Origin: Magnetococcales bacterium
GTDB lineage: Bacteria > Pseudomonadota > Magnetococcia > Magnetococcales > Magnetaquicoccaceae
Reading direction: 5' to 3'
Length of the DNA: 32,000 nucleotides
Assembly: GCA_015233035.1 (NCBI GenBank)
Contig: JADFYM010000004.1
Coordinates: 5,839 to 37,838, forward strand
Shown here: positions 8,982-18,516 of the stretch, in pieces
How the letters are laid out: each line of letters starts with the position of its first letter
Numbering within the stretch: position 1 is the stretch's first letter
Position numbers and translations under genes: made by a program
Notes under the pieces: model-generated
The model's input: the letters and a program-made list of their open reading frames with translations, nothing else
Told to the model about the DNA's origin: nothing
The model's database searches: none

Positions 8982-9974
8982 ATGAAAAACATGCAGATTA
9001 TAATCAACGGCGAGTCCATGGAAATGCCACCGGGGACCACCATCGGCCAAATGCTGGAACGGCTGCAATTCAATCCGGGCCGCGTCGCGGTTGAACACAA
9101 CCGGGAGGTTGCCCCACGCAACCAGTATGACGCCATCCCCTTGGCCGATGGCGACCAGATCGAGGTGGTCCATTTTATCGGTGGCGGATCGATCGACGAC
9201 GCCGATCCACTCATCATTGCAGGCCGACCGTTCACCAGCCGCTTGCTGGTCGGCACCGGCAAATACAAGGATTTCACCGAAACCGCCCAGGCGGTGGCCG
9301 CCTCAGGGGCTGAAATTGTCACCGTTGCCGTCCGACGTGTCAATATCAGCGACCCCAGTGCCACACTCTTGACGGATTATCTGGATCCCAAACAGTATAC
9401 CTACCTGCCCAACACCGCCGGTTGCTACACCGCCGAGGAAGCGGTGCGAACCCTGCGCCTTGCCCGCGAGGCGGGCGGCTGGGACATGGTCAAACTGGAA
9501 GTCCTGTCCGATGCCAAATATTTGTGGCCCAACAATCCAGAAACATTGAAAGCCGCAGAATTATTGATCAAAGAAAAGTTCCAGGTCATGGTCTACACCA
9601 CGGATGACCCCTATATGTGCAAACGATTTGAAGAGATGGGCTGTGTCGCGGTGATGCCCCTGGCCGCGCCCATCGGTTCGGGATTGGGCATTCGCAACCC
9701 CTATACATTGCGCATTATTATTGAACAGGCCACCGTTCCCGTGCTGGTGGATGCGGGCGTGGGTACGGCCTCTGACGCAGCTCTGGCCATGGAACTGGGC
9801 TGTGATGGCGTCCTCATGAATACCGCCATTGCGGGCGCGAAAGATCCCATCCGCATGGCCCGCGCCATGAAAAAAGCCGTTGAAAGTGGCCGCGATGCCT
9901 TTCTGGCCGGGCGCATCCCCAAAAAACTGTATGCCTCCGCCTCCAGCCCCCTGGATGGCCTGTTGCTCGGATGA
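8982..9974 (+). CDS. thiSG: Bifunctional sulfur carrier protein / thiazole synthase (ThiS-ThiG fusion)
   Basis: Residues 1-69 are ThiS-like, ending '[13 protein letters not shown]'. After a few residues, ThiG begins: '[23 protein letters not shown]...[17 protein letters not shown]...[36 protein letters not shown]'. One continuous frame. Confidence 0.96.
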   Translation: MKNMQIIINGESMEMPPGTTIGQMLERLQFNPGRVAVEHNREVAPRNQYDAIPLADGDQIEVVHFIGGGSIDDADPLIIAGRPFTSRLLVGTGKYKDFTETAQAVAASGAEIVTVAVRRVNISDPSATLLTDYLDPKQYTYLPNTAGCYTAEEAVRTLRLAREAGGWDMVKLEVLSDAKYLWPNNPETLKAAELLIKEKFQVMVYTTDDPYMCKRFEEMGCVAVMPLAAPIGSGLGIRNPYTLRIIIEQATVPVLVDAGVGTASDAALAMELGCDGVLMNTAIAGAKDPIRMARAMKKAVESGRDAFLAGRIPKKLYASASSPLDGLLLG

Positions 9975-10501
9975 CCCCCCACCCCCCCCGCTGGGAGTGC
10001 CGCTGGCCGGATCTGGTCGCCCTCCAGGTTGCGACAGCGCGCCTCCTGCGGGACCGCACAACCGACCCCTCGCTCAACCCGCGTTTGGGCATTCGCGTCC
10101 AGAGGGATCCCTCTGACCATCCCCAGGCACCCATCCGCGCCCTGCTGGTCACCCCCTGGGCCGTGGAACGGGTCTACTGGAACAATCCTGCTCGGCAAAA
10201 TCCGCCTGTACGCCATACGATACCGCTGTTGGCCGATGCCCATGGCCGTGTCGCGGCCGGTATTGGCGTGATTCTGGAATATAGGGCGACCGACATCCCC
10301 GTGCGAACCGCCTGGGAACCAGAAACCGGACATTATTTTGTGGAAACCCTCCTGCCTGCCGTGCAGGATCTGGGCTCGGTGGAAGAGGCCATCGCCGTCG
10401 CTCTGGGACGTAAACCGCTCTATTTGCCCAAACAATCCCTCACCGACCATCTCTCCCTCCCGGTCAACCGCCGCCATCTGTTGGGACTCTGGCATCGGTA
10501 G
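9971..10501 (+). CDS. Hypothetical protein with HybE-like ([NiFe]-hydrogenase assembly chaperone family) sequence features
   Basis: Starts in a 4-bp ATGA overlap with thiSG. '[12 protein letters not shown]...[16 protein letters not shown]...' and a C-terminal '[27 protein letters not shown]' resemble HybE organisation. Family call made by eye only. Confidence 0.5.
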   Translation: MTPHPPRWECRWPDLVALQVATARLLRDRTTDPSLNPRLGIRVQRDPSDHPQAPIRALLVTPWAVERVYWNNPARQNPPVRHTIPLLADAHGRVAAGIGVILEYRATDIPVRTAWEPETGHYFVETLLPAVQDLGSVEEAIAVALGRKPLYLPKQSLTDHLSLPVNRRHLLGLWHR

Positions 10502-10699
10502 CCCGCTTCAGCCCGCACCCCTACCATCCGACCCCCAAAATCTCGGCACACATATTGCGAATAAAAATTTTATATAATTCAGCCGAAGCGCAGCTTTTTT
10601 ATTAGAAGTGAACCCCGTCTGTTTGCTATAGTACCGGGTTTGGAAGCTTGAGCGGAAGCTAGGAGCTAAAAAAGAACTTTCTCACAGGAGACGCAATCA

Positions 10700-10951
10700 A
10701 TGTCTAAAATTATCCCCGTCATTCTCATCTCTGGATTGTTGGGCGTGTTGAGCGGTTGTGCATCGCAACCGGCCAAACCCGAAGCCAGCCAGCAGGAGCA
10801 GCTCGCCAAAGCGGAAGCCGATCGTAGGGCCGCCGTGGCAGCCGCTGACAAAGCGAAAGCGGAAGCCGACGCTCTGCGGAAAGAAAATGACCGCCTCAAG
10901 GAAGAAGCCGCCCGTGCCAAGAAAGGGTTCCGCGAAGGACTCAACAAGTAG
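10700..10951 (+). CDS. Small Lpp-like outer membrane lipoprotein with Ala/Lys-rich coiled coil
   Basis: 'MSKIIPVILISGLLGVLSGC' signal peptide with lipobox LSGC, followed by a heptad-like 'KAEADRRAAVAAADKAKAEADALRKENDRLKEEAARAKK'. AGGAG ribosome-binding site at 10686-10690. Confidence 0.8.
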   Translation: MSKIIPVILISGLLGVLSGCASQPAKPEASQQEQLAKAEADRRAAVAAADKAKAEADALRKENDRLKEEAARAKKGFREGLNK

Positions 10952-10977
10952 CACAACGGCTAACACCGGAAAAAAAT

Positions 10978-11014
10978 CGGGACACTGGGGGTATCCATTC
11001 TTCCCAGTGTCCCG
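10978..11014. terminator. Terminator-like hairpin, strongest for minus-strand transcription
   Basis: Perfect 12-bp inverted repeat cgggacactggg (10978-10989) / cccagtgtcccg (11003-11014). Seven A on the + side (10970-10976) become T after the hairpin for minus-strand transcripts. Lies between convergent genes. Confidence 0.75.
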
Positions 11015-11240
11015 ATTGCCCTTTCAGTCTGTCCCCCGCCCGCTTTTTCTCACCCATGCTTGCGCTTGGCGTGACGTGTTGTCGTGACCAAAAATTCCCC
11101 TTTGAATGAAAGCCCCCCAAACTTCCACCGGAAGAGATAATCCCCTTGGAACAAACAAAAATGTTGCTGTCCGCACAAGCAGAAATATGTATAACATTTG
11201 GATAAACTGCACCCAGCATGGGATGCGTAGTTTTTCAAAC

Positions 11241-11311
11241 GTCATTCCCGCGCAGGCGGGAATCCAGCCAACCCCTTGGAACGCCTGGACTCCCGTCTGC
11301 GCGGGAATGAC
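11241..11311. repeat. Short interspersed inverted repeat (71 bp, GTCATTCCCGC... type)
   Basis: Left arm gtcattcccgcgcaggcgggaatccag (11241-11267) and right arm ctggactcccgtctgcgcgggaatgac (11285-11311) are complementary at 25 of 27 positions. The right arm is followed by attttttc. Confidence 0.88.
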
Positions 11312-11387
11312 ATTTTTTCATCTTCTGTCAACTGGAAAAGAAAGGCAGCAGGAAGCGGGGGAACAACTCAAGGGAAGGGAACAAGGG

Positions 11388-11466
11388 AGGGGGCTTTGCC
11401 CCCAACCCCACCAGGGGCTTTGCCCCTGGACCCCACCAGGGGGATAATCCCCCTGGACCCCTGAAA
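11388..11466. repeat. G/C-block palindromic repeat cluster, copy B (inverted relative to copy A)
   Basis: 'gggggctttgcccccaaccccaccaggggctttgcccctggaccccaccagggggataatccccctggacccctg' is close to the reverse complement of copy A. Confidence 0.88.
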
Positions 11467-11492
11467 ATGATTGCAAAAAGAGAAGAATGTGA

Positions 11493-12611
11493 CTACTGCA
11501 CGGGCGCGACCATCGTCTCCACCGCCCGACGACTCCGCATGACCAACCTGTCCTCCCACGCCCAACCCACCCCAACATGTTCCAACGATGGCGGATGCCA
11601 AACCTGACCAACCACCTGAGGCACCCCGCTGGCCTCCTGCACCGTCTGCTCCAACCGCTGCCAATCCATCACCACCTCTTCCGCAAAGGGTCGCCGCGCC
11701 AGTGCCTGCGCAACCACCAAATTGGCACGCCCCTTCAGACCGGCCCGATCCTTCATGGACAGCACATCATGCACCTGCAAATACAACCGTTCCCCCTGCC
11801 AACCAGCCTTGACCGGCTGGTTGATAATATCTACCGTGTCATGCACGGCCACTTCTTCATAAAACCGCACAATATCCTCAGGATACATACGCATACATCC
11901 GTGACTGACCCGGCGTCCCACGCCATAAGGCTTTTGCGTACCGTGCATCAAATAACCGGGAATGGAGAGATAAATCGCATGTGTACCCAACGGATTGCGG
12001 GGACCGGACGGAATGACACTGGGCAAATAAGGCTTTTCCTTGCGAATGGAAGCGGGCACATACCAGGAGGGATAAGGCGTCTTGCGCACCACCTGGGTCG
12101 CACCAGAAGGGGTCAACAATCCCTCCCGACCAATGCCAATCGGATAGGTGTCCAACCACCCGTCCCAACGCCTGTGGTAGACACGCATCTCCGGCAGATT
12201 GACGATGATACGCGCTGAAGAACGGGGCAAAACACGCCGAAAATTGACTCGCACCACCGTGCCAGCCCCCGGATACCAGACATTGACATTGGGATTGGCA
12301 TCACGCAACTCATTGAAGCCAACCCCAAACAAACGCGCCAACTGGATCAAGGTGTCTGAATCTTTCGCCAAATAGCGCAATTCGCCGCCCCCGATCACCT
12401 CGTCTCCCTGGGCGAACGGATACCACCGCCGCCGCCAGGGAACCTCGCCAAGGCTTATCGTGCTCAGCGAATCTTCCAGGCGTAACGGAAGGTTCGGAAT
12501 GTCGGAAAAAGCCGCGAAGGCATCAACAACGAAGGAAAACAAGGCGAAAAGCAGGGCAGCCACCCAAAAGGTGGCCGAAAAACCAAGTGATTGATTGAAA
12601 TTGCAACGCAT
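11493..12611 (-). CDS. L,D-transpeptidase (YkuD/ErfK family) with signal peptide and LysM-like region
   Basis: YkuD signature 'GYLMHGTQKPYGVGRRVSHGCMRMYPEDIVRFYEEV'. LysM-like 'RYLAKDSDTLIQLARLFGVGFNELRDANPNVNVWYPGAGTVVRV'. ATG at 12611 gives a hydrophobic N-terminal signal segment; the track extension to 12797 overlaps rplQ and is unlikely. Confidence 0.9.
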   Translation of the reverse strand: MRCNFNQSLGFSATFWVAALLFALFSFVVDAFAAFSDIPNLPLRLEDSLSTISLGEVPWRRRWYPFAQGDEVIGGGELRYLAKDSDTLIQLARLFGVGFNELRDANPNVNVWYPGAGTVVRVNFRRVLPRSSARIIVNLPEMRVYHRRWDGWLDTYPIGIGREGLLTPSGATQVVRKTPYPSWYVPASIRKEKPYLPSVIPSGPRNPLGTHAIYLSIPGYLMHGTQKPYGVGRRVSHGCMRMYPEDIVRFYEEVAVHDTVDIINQPVKAGWQGERLYLQVHDVLSMKDRAGLKGRANLVVAQALARRPFAEEVVMDWQRLEQTVQEASGVPQVVGQVWHPPSLEHVGVGWAWEDRLVMRSRRAVETMVAPVQ

Positions 12612-12748
12612 CTTCGGGCCCTGGGCGTCATGGGTAATGTGAGAGACCGGAAACACCAACCCATAACCCCCGCCGCCGGTCGTCTCGTGGGATTTATAAC
12701 GGTCCCCAACCCCCTGCCACCCTGCTAACACAAACAAAACAAGGAGCG

Positions 12749-13114
12749 TTACTGCTCGACCCTTTCCACCAGTTCGATCAAGGACATGGGCGCACAATCC
12801 CCATAACGATCCCGCGTCTTGAGCACCCGCGTATAACCACCCGGCCGCGTCCGATTCCGCTCCGCAATGTCGGAAAAGAGTTTATGCACAATCTCTTTAT
12901 CCTGAAGCAGGCTCAACGCTTGCCGACGGGCATGCAAATCACCCCGTTTGCCCAAGGTCACCATCTGATCGGCCACACCCCGCAACGCCTTGGCCTTGGG
13001 GGTCGTCGTCTCGATCCGTTCATAACGAAACAGGCTGACCAACAAATTGCTGATCATCGCCTCAAAATGGCTGCTGCTGCGGCCCAATTTGCACCCATGT
13101 CTCTGATGTCTCAT
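12749..13114 (-). CDS. rplQ: 50S ribosomal protein L17
   Basis: 'MRHQRHGCKLGRSSSHFEAMISNLLVSLFRYERIETTTPKAKALRGVADQMVTLGKRG'. Confidence 0.98.
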   Translation of the reverse strand: MRHQRHGCKLGRSSSHFEAMISNLLVSLFRYERIETTTPKAKALRGVADQMVTLGKRGDLHARRQALSLLQDKEIVHKLFSDIAERNRTRPGGYTRVLKTRDRYGDCAPMSLIELVERVEQ

Positions 13115-13126
13115 GCTACCATACCC

Positions 13127-14149
13127 CTAGAAATGCTCGTCTTCAAACTGTTTGGCCAATTCGTCAATATTCTCTGGAGGCCATCCATCCAGGATCATTC
13201 CCAGGCTGAGATCCATCTCCTCCAACACTTCCTTGATCTCATTCAAAGACTTGCGCCCAAAATTGGGCGTCTTGAGCATCTCCGCCTCTGTCTTCTGCAC
13301 CAGATCACCAATATAGACAATCTCGTCATTTTTCAGGCAATTGGCAGAACGAACAGAAAGCTCCAGTTCGTCCACTTTGCGGAACAGATTGGGATTCCAC
13401 TTAGGAAGAGAGGACTCCTCCTGCAGATCCCCCATGGGCACATCATCAAAGTTGATGAACAAACTCAGTTGATCCTGCAAAATTTTGGCGGCCAACGCCA
13501 AGGCATCCTCCGGCGACACGACCCCATTGGTCTCGATCTCCAGGATCAGCCTGTCATAGTCAGTCTGCTGCCCCACCCGGGCATTTTCCACCTTGTAGGC
13601 CACCCGCTTGACCGGGTTATAACTGCAATCCAGAAAAATTTCCCCGATGGTAGCCGACTCATCGTCCGTTTTCTGCGCCGACGGCACATACCCCTTGCCG
13701 CTGGTCACATTCAAGATCATATCCAGCTTGCCGCTTTTGTTCAACGTCGCGATATGATGATCAGGATTCAGGATTTCCACATCCTGCCCGCAATCAATCG
13801 CGCCAGCGGTCACCACCCCTTCACCTTCGGCCCGCAAATAAATCTGCTTGTGACCAACCCCGGACTTGATCCGAATCGCCAACCCCTTCAGGTTGAGAAT
13901 AATGTCTGTCACATCTTCCAACACACCGGGAATGCTGGAAAACTCATGCAAAACACCCTCGATTTGCACGGAGGAAACCGCCGCTCCCTGCAGGGAGGAA
14001 AGCAACACCCGGCGCAACGCATTACCCAAGGTTGTGCCAAACCCACGCTCAAGAGGCTCAGCCACCAGGGTCGCCTTTAACAGCGTATCGCCCTGCTCAA
14101 GCAATTCCACCTTCTGGGGTTTGATTAATTCGGTCCAGTTTCTGTACAT
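13127..14149 (-). CDS. rpoA: DNA-directed RNA polymerase subunit alpha
   Basis: '[28 protein letters not shown]' and C-terminal '[47 protein letters not shown]'. Confidence 0.99.
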   Translation of the reverse strand: MYRNWTELIKPQKVELLEQGDTLLKATLVAEPLERGFGTTLGNALRRVLLSSLQGAAVSSVQIEGVLHEFSSIPGVLEDVTDIILNLKGLAIRIKSGVGHKQIYLRAEGEGVVTAGAIDCGQDVEILNPDHHIATLNKSGKLDMILNVTSGKGYVPSAQKTDDESATIGEIFLDCSYNPVKRVAYKVENARVGQQTDYDRLILEIETNGVVSPEDALALAAKILQDQLSLFINFDDVPMGDLQEESSLPKWNPNLFRKVDELELSVRSANCLKNDEIVYIGDLVQKTEAEMLKTPNFGRKSLNEIKEVLEEMDLSLGMILDGWPPENIDELAKQFEDEHF

Positions 14150-14176
14150 CCGCTTCCCCTAACCTGGTATCATCTT

Positions 14177-14803
14177 CTACTTGGAGTACAGCTCAACAAT
14201 CAGGTTTTCGTTATAGTCCGCAGGCAAGTCGGCACGATCCGGCAGGGCACGGAATACCCCGGACATATTGACAGAATCCACATCCAACCAGCCAGGGAAA
14301 CCCCGGCGCGCGGCACTGTCCATGGCACCCTTGATGCGCAAGTGCGAACGGGCCGCCGGGGTGATGGCAACCTTGTCGCCCGGCTTGACCAGATAAGAGG
14401 CAATGTTGACCAAATGATCGTTCACCAACACCTGCCGATGACTGACAACCTGACGGGCCTCGCTCCTGGACGCAGAAAAACCCAACCGGAAAACCACATT
14501 ATCCAGTCTTCGCTCCAAAAGGATCAGAAGATTTTCGCCGGTAATACCCCCCATCCGCTCCGCTTTCTCAAAATAATTATGAAATTGCTTCTCCAGCAAC
14601 CCATAAGTCCTCTTGATCTTCTGCTTTTCGCGCAAATGGAGGCCATAATCGGAAACCTTACGACGACGCTGACCCTGGACCCCAGGTCCATAGTTCCGGC
14701 GTTCCATGGCACACTTATCGGAAAAGCACTTCTCCCCTTTCAGAAAGAGCTTCGCGGATTCGCGCCGACAAATACGGCATTTGGATCCAAAATAACGGGC
14801 CAT
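14177..14803 (-). CDS. rpsD: 30S ribosomal protein S4 (Cys-containing form)
   Basis: 'MARYFGSKCRICRRESAKLFLKGEKCFSDKCAMERRNYGPG' and S4 domain 'RLDNVVFRLGFSASRSEARQVVSHRQVLVNDHLVNIASYLVKPGD'. Confidence 0.98.
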   Translation of the reverse strand: MARYFGSKCRICRRESAKLFLKGEKCFSDKCAMERRNYGPGVQGQRRRKVSDYGLHLREKQKIKRTYGLLEKQFHNYFEKAERMGGITGENLLILLERRLDNVVFRLGFSASRSEARQVVSHRQVLVNDHLVNIASYLVKPGDKVAITPAARSHLRIKGAMDSAARRGFPGWLDVDSVNMSGVFRALPDRADLPADYNENLIVELYSK

Positions 14804-14839
14804 TGCTTCTGCGTTCCTCGCAATAAACTCAAAGTGAAG

Positions 14840-15235
14840 TCAAACTCGACGACGTTTGGGCGGACGACAACCATTGTGTGGAATAGGCGTCACATCCTGC
14901 ACAAACGCAATATTGAAACCAATACCTGCCAAAGCACGGAGGGCCGACTCCCGCCCAGAACCCGGCCCTTTCAGGCGTACATCAATATTCCGCATCCCAT
15001 GCTCCATGGCCTTGCGCCCTGCATCCTCAGCGGCCATCTGGGCAGCAAACGGTGTGGACTTACGCGACCCCTTGAACCCCTGCGCCCCAGCAGACGCCCA
15101 GGATATGACATTGCCAGAGGTATCGGTAATCGTAACCAATGTATTGTTGAACGTAGAATGAATGTGAGCGATACCACTCGCAATACTTTTCCGTTCCTTT
15201 TTCTTTCCCCGGGAAACCTTTTGGACCTTCGCCAT
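14840..15235 (-). CDS. rpsK: 30S ribosomal protein S11
   Basis: '[57 protein letters not shown]'. Confidence 0.98.
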   Translation of the reverse strand: MAKVQKVSRGKKKERKSIASGIAHIHSTFNNTLVTITDTSGNVISWASAGAQGFKGSRKSTPFAAQMAAEDAGRKAMEHGMRNIDVRLKGPGSGRESALRALAGIGFNIAFVQDVTPIPHNGCRPPKRRRV

Positions 15236-15289
15236 CTTTTCTCCTCACATTCGGGCCAGGATATCTCCGGCCGAAGAATTGCAAACGGA

Positions 15290-15655
15290 TCAACCCTTAC
15301 CAGGAATCGACCGCCGTGGACCCTTGCGGGTACGCCCATTCGTATGGGTCCTCTGTCCACGCACGGGAAGCCCCCGACGGTGACGCAAACCGCGATAGGA
15401 ACCCAGATCCATCAGCCGCTTGGTGTTCATGGCCACTTGCCGACGCAAATCGCCCTCCACCTGAAAATCACTGTCAATGATAGAGCGGATCCGCGCAATA
15501 TCTGTCTCAGAAAGATCCCGGCCTCGCGTATCAGGGGAAATATCCGCAGCTTTCAGTATACTGGCAGCAGCATGCCGACCAATTCCATATATATAGGTCA
15601 ATCCGACTGCAAGCCGTTTGTTGATGGGAATGTTAACCCCGGCAATTCGAGCCAC
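15290..15655 (-). CDS. rpsM: 30S ribosomal protein S13 (GTG start)
   Basis: '[34 protein letters not shown]...[27 protein letters not shown]'. Confidence 0.98.
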   Translation of the reverse strand: MARIAGVNIPINKRLAVGLTYIYGIGRHAAASILKAADISPDTRGRDLSETDIARIRSIIDSDFQVEGDLRRQVAMNTKRLMDLGSYRGLRHRRGLPVRGQRTHTNGRTRKGPRRSIPGKG

Positions 15656-15745
15656 TTTGCAACCTCCAAAATCTTCCTAAGTTCTGTCCGAATCTGTGCG
15701 GGCACTTCCCGGTTTTGCACTACCGCAAAACCGAAACCACACGGA

Positions 15746-15862
15746 TCAGCCCTGCCTCTGCTTGTGTTTGGGATGCTTGGTACAAATGACTCTGACAATA
15801 CCCTTGCGTTTGATCGTCATGCAATCTTTGCACACTGTCTTTACGGATGCACGAACCTTCAT
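15746..15862 (-). CDS. rpmJ: 50S ribosomal protein L36 (Cys-containing form); absent from the supplied ORF track
   Basis: Direct translation of the minus strand gives [38 protein letters not shown] (38 aa). ATG at 15862-15860, TGA at 15748-15746. Confidence 0.97.
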   Translation of the reverse strand: MKVRASVKTVCKDCMTIKRKGIVRVICTKHPKHKQRQG

Positions 15863-15884
15863 CACAACCCTCCAAAAACACCAC

Positions 15885-17216
15885 CTATCGCCGACCGCGA
15901 ATCTTCGCCCTTTGCATCAACCCTTCATACTGCCGACTGATCAAAAACGACTGAATCTGCGATGCCGTATCCATTGTCACCCCCACCACAATCAACATGG
16001 AGGTGCCCCCAAAATAAAAAGGGACATTATAGCTGGCAATCAATATCTCTGGCAACAAACAAACACTCGCCACATAAACGGCCCCCACCAGCGTCAACCG
16101 GGTCAGGATGGCATCCAAATATTTGGCCGTCTGAAACCCCGGACGAATCCCCGGCACAAACCCCCCATACTTGCGCAGATTATCCGCCGTCTCTTCTGGA
16201 TTGAACACGATGGCCGTATAAAAAAAACAGAAAAAGACAATGGCCAGCGCGTACACCACCGCATGGAGCACCGTCCCAGGAGACAACTGCGCCGCCGCCG
16301 CCTTCAGTATATCCCAGGGGGCAAAATTGGCAATCGTCACCGGAAACAAAATAATGGAACTGGCAAAAATGGGCGGAATCACCCCCGCCGTGTTGATCTT
16401 CAATGGCAGATGGGTACTCTCCCCGCCCACCATGCGCCGCCCGCTGACCTGTCGCTTGGCATACTGCACCGTGATGCGACGTTGCGCCCGCTCCATGAAA
16501 ATAATAAACGCCGTCACACCCACCGAAATGACCAACAGCAACAAGACAAACAACGGCTGCAAATCACCGGTACGGGCCAACTGCAAAGTGCGCGCCAGAG
16601 CCACCGGCAGATTGGCCACAATCCCCGAATAGATGATCAGCGAAATGCCGTTGCCAATACCACGCGCCGTAATCTGCTCCCCCACCCACATGATGAAGGC
16701 CGTACCACTGGTGAGCGTCAATACCGTCAGCAGACGAAAATGCCAGCCCGGTTCCACCACCACGCTCATGCCACCCGCCTGCATGGACTCCAGCCCATAG
16801 GCAATGCCAAAGCCCTGGAAAACAGATAAGACAACCGTCCCATAGCGCGTATACTGATTGATCTTCCGCCGCCCCAGCTCCCCCTCTTTCTTGATCGCCT
16901 CCAACCTCGGCACCACAGCCGTCATCAATTGCAAAATGATGGAGGAGGAAATATAGGGCATGATTCCCAGAGCAAACACGGTCAACCGCGACAATGCACC
17001 ACCGGAAAACATGTTGAACATACCCAACAACGTGCCCTGCTGCTGCGCAAAAAAAGCCGCCAAAGCCCGGGGATCTATCCCCGGCGTGGGCACATGGGCA
17101 CCAATCCGAAAGACGATCAACATACCCAAGGTAAACAGCAGACGACTACGCAGCTCTGGTATCTTGCCCAGATTGGCCAAGCCTGCAAACGGTGACTGCG
17201 CTTCAACGGTGGCCAT
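15885..17216 (-). CDS. secY: Protein translocase subunit SecY
   Basis: '[22 protein letters not shown]', '[44 protein letters not shown]', '[32 protein letters not shown]'. Confidence 0.99.
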   Translation of the reverse strand: MATVEAQSPFAGLANLGKIPELRSRLLFTLGMLIVFRIGAHVPTPGIDPRALAAFFAQQQGTLLGMFNMFSGGALSRLTVFALGIMPYISSSIILQLMTAVVPRLEAIKKEGELGRRKINQYTRYGTVVLSVFQGFGIAYGLESMQAGGMSVVVEPGWHFRLLTVLTLTSGTAFIMWVGEQITARGIGNGISLIIYSGIVANLPVALARTLQLARTGDLQPLFVLLLLVISVGVTAFIIFMERAQRRITVQYAKRQVSGRRMVGGESTHLPLKINTAGVIPPIFASSIILFPVTIANFAPWDILKAAAAQLSPGTVLHAVVYALAIVFFCFFYTAIVFNPEETADNLRKYGGFVPGIRPGFQTAKYLDAILTRLTLVGAVYVASVCLLPEILIASYNVPFYFGGTSMLIVVGVTMDTASQIQSFLISRQYEGLMQRAKIRGRR

Positions 17217-17227
17217 TCAACCACTCC

Positions 17228-17680
17228 TTAAGAGGATGCACCACTCAACACCACTCTACCACCAACCGCTTCAATCTTCTCTTGGGCCGATCGACTGCAC
17301 TTGTCCGCATGGACAATCAGAGCCTTCGACAACTGCCCATCCCCCAACAGCTTGACGCCGTCTTTGAGACGCCCCACCAAGCCATTGGTACGCAAATCCT
17401 CTATCTGAACCTCGGAGCCGCCTGGAAAAATCTCCAGATCCTCCACCTGCACCAAGGCATAATATTCCTTGAAAGGACTCCGGAAACCCCGCTTCGGCAA
17501 CCGCCGTTGCAACGGCATCTGACCGCCTTCAAACCCCACCTTGTGGTAACCACCCGAACGGGCTGCCTGCCCCTTGGTCCCCCGACCGGCGGTCTTGCCA
17601 TTACCCGAGCCGATACCCAACCCCTTCCGTTTGCCCTCTATACGACCAGCCGGGCTGGCGGGCAATTGATTCAGTTTCAT
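17228..17680 (-). CDS. rplO: 50S ribosomal protein L15
   Basis: 'MKLNQLPASPAGRIEGKRKGLGIGSGNGKTAGRGTKGQAARSGG'. Start trimmed from track 17731 to ATG at 17680. Confidence 0.97.
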   Translation of the reverse strand: MKLNQLPASPAGRIEGKRKGLGIGSGNGKTAGRGTKGQAARSGGYHKVGFEGGQMPLQRRLPKRGFRSPFKEYYALVQVEDLEIFPGGSEVQIEDLRTNGLVGRLKDGVKLLGDGQLSKALIVHADKCSRSAQEKIEAVGGRVVLSGASS

Positions 17681-17740
17681 TGCAAAATAACCTTTTTGTT
17701 TCGAGGCATCCAGTGAGTAACTGCAACACACACCAGGTGA

Positions 17741-17920
17741 TCAGTCTACAATCTGAACCAAATGCTGCACCTTGCGAATCATGCCACGCACATTCGGTGT
17801 ATCCACCAACTCCCGAACATGGTGCATCCGCCGGAGACCAAGCCCTTGCACCACCAGCCTGTGCTTCTCAGGCCGTCCGGCCACAGAACGAACCTGCTTC
17901 ACTTTCACTGTGTTCGCCAT
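17741..17920 (-). CDS. rpmD: 50S ribosomal protein L30
   Basis: '[58 protein letters not shown]'. Confidence 0.96.
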   Translation of the reverse strand: MANTVKVKQVRSVAGRPEKHRLVVQGLGLRRMHHVRELVDTPNVRGMIRKVQHLVQIVD

Positions 17921-17953
17921 GATCCACACCCTTTTACCCACATAAACCAGAAT

Positions 17954-18463
17954 CTAAGACCGCTTGTCGGCTATCTCTTGCGGCGAACGAATGGACTGCA
18001 AGGCCGCAAACGTGGCCTTGATCAAATTGTGCGGATTGGAAGTACCCGTCGACTTGGCCAGCACATCCCGAATACCCAAGGCTTCAAAAATGGGCCGCAT
18101 GGATCCACCCGCAATAATGCCCGTTCCTTCCGCTGCCGGACGCATCACCACACTGCCCGCGCCATAACGCCCCACAATCTCGTGATACAAAGTCCGTCCA
18201 TCCCGGATGGGAATCGGCACCAGGCTTTTCCGCGCCTTCTCCGTGGCCTTGCGGATACTCTCGGGCACTTCCTTGGCCTTACCCAAGCCATACCCGACCT
18301 CTCCTTGACCATTCCCGACCACGACAATCGCTGAAAAACTAAAGCGGCTTCCACCCTTGACCACCTTGGCAGTCCGTTTGATGGTCACCAACCGCTCAAT
18401 CATATCATCGCTTTGCCAAGTCTCAGCCCGCTCTTCGGGCACTCCACGGCGTGTCTTCGACAT
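17954..18463 (-). CDS. rpsE: 30S ribosomal protein S5
   Basis: 'LVTIKRTAKVVKGGSRFSFSAIVVVGNGQGEVGYGLGKAKEVPESIRKATEKARKSL'. Confidence 0.98.
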   Translation of the reverse strand: MSKTRRGVPEERAETWQSDDMIERLVTIKRTAKVVKGGSRFSFSAIVVVGNGQGEVGYGLGKAKEVPESIRKATEKARKSLVPIPIRDGRTLYHEIVGRYGAGSVVMRPAAEGTGIIAGGSMRPIFEALGIRDVLAKSTGTSNPHNLIKATFAALQSIRSPQEIADKRS

Positions 18464-18516
18464 TAATGCTCCCCGTCAGCGTACAAAACTCTCAAATCGT
18501 GAGCAGACCACTCCGG

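Noticed and set aside
8688-11466. CRISPR array or phage/transposon island suggested by repeats
   Set aside because: The repeats are adjacent palindromic units without regular unique spacers, and there are no cas, integrase or transposase ORFs. The intervening genes are ordinary metabolic or lipoprotein genes.
12612-12797. Extension of the L,D-transpeptidase ORF overlapping the end of rplQ
   Set aside because: ATG at 12611 gives a normal signal-peptide-like start; the extension has no support and would overlap rplQ by 49 bp.
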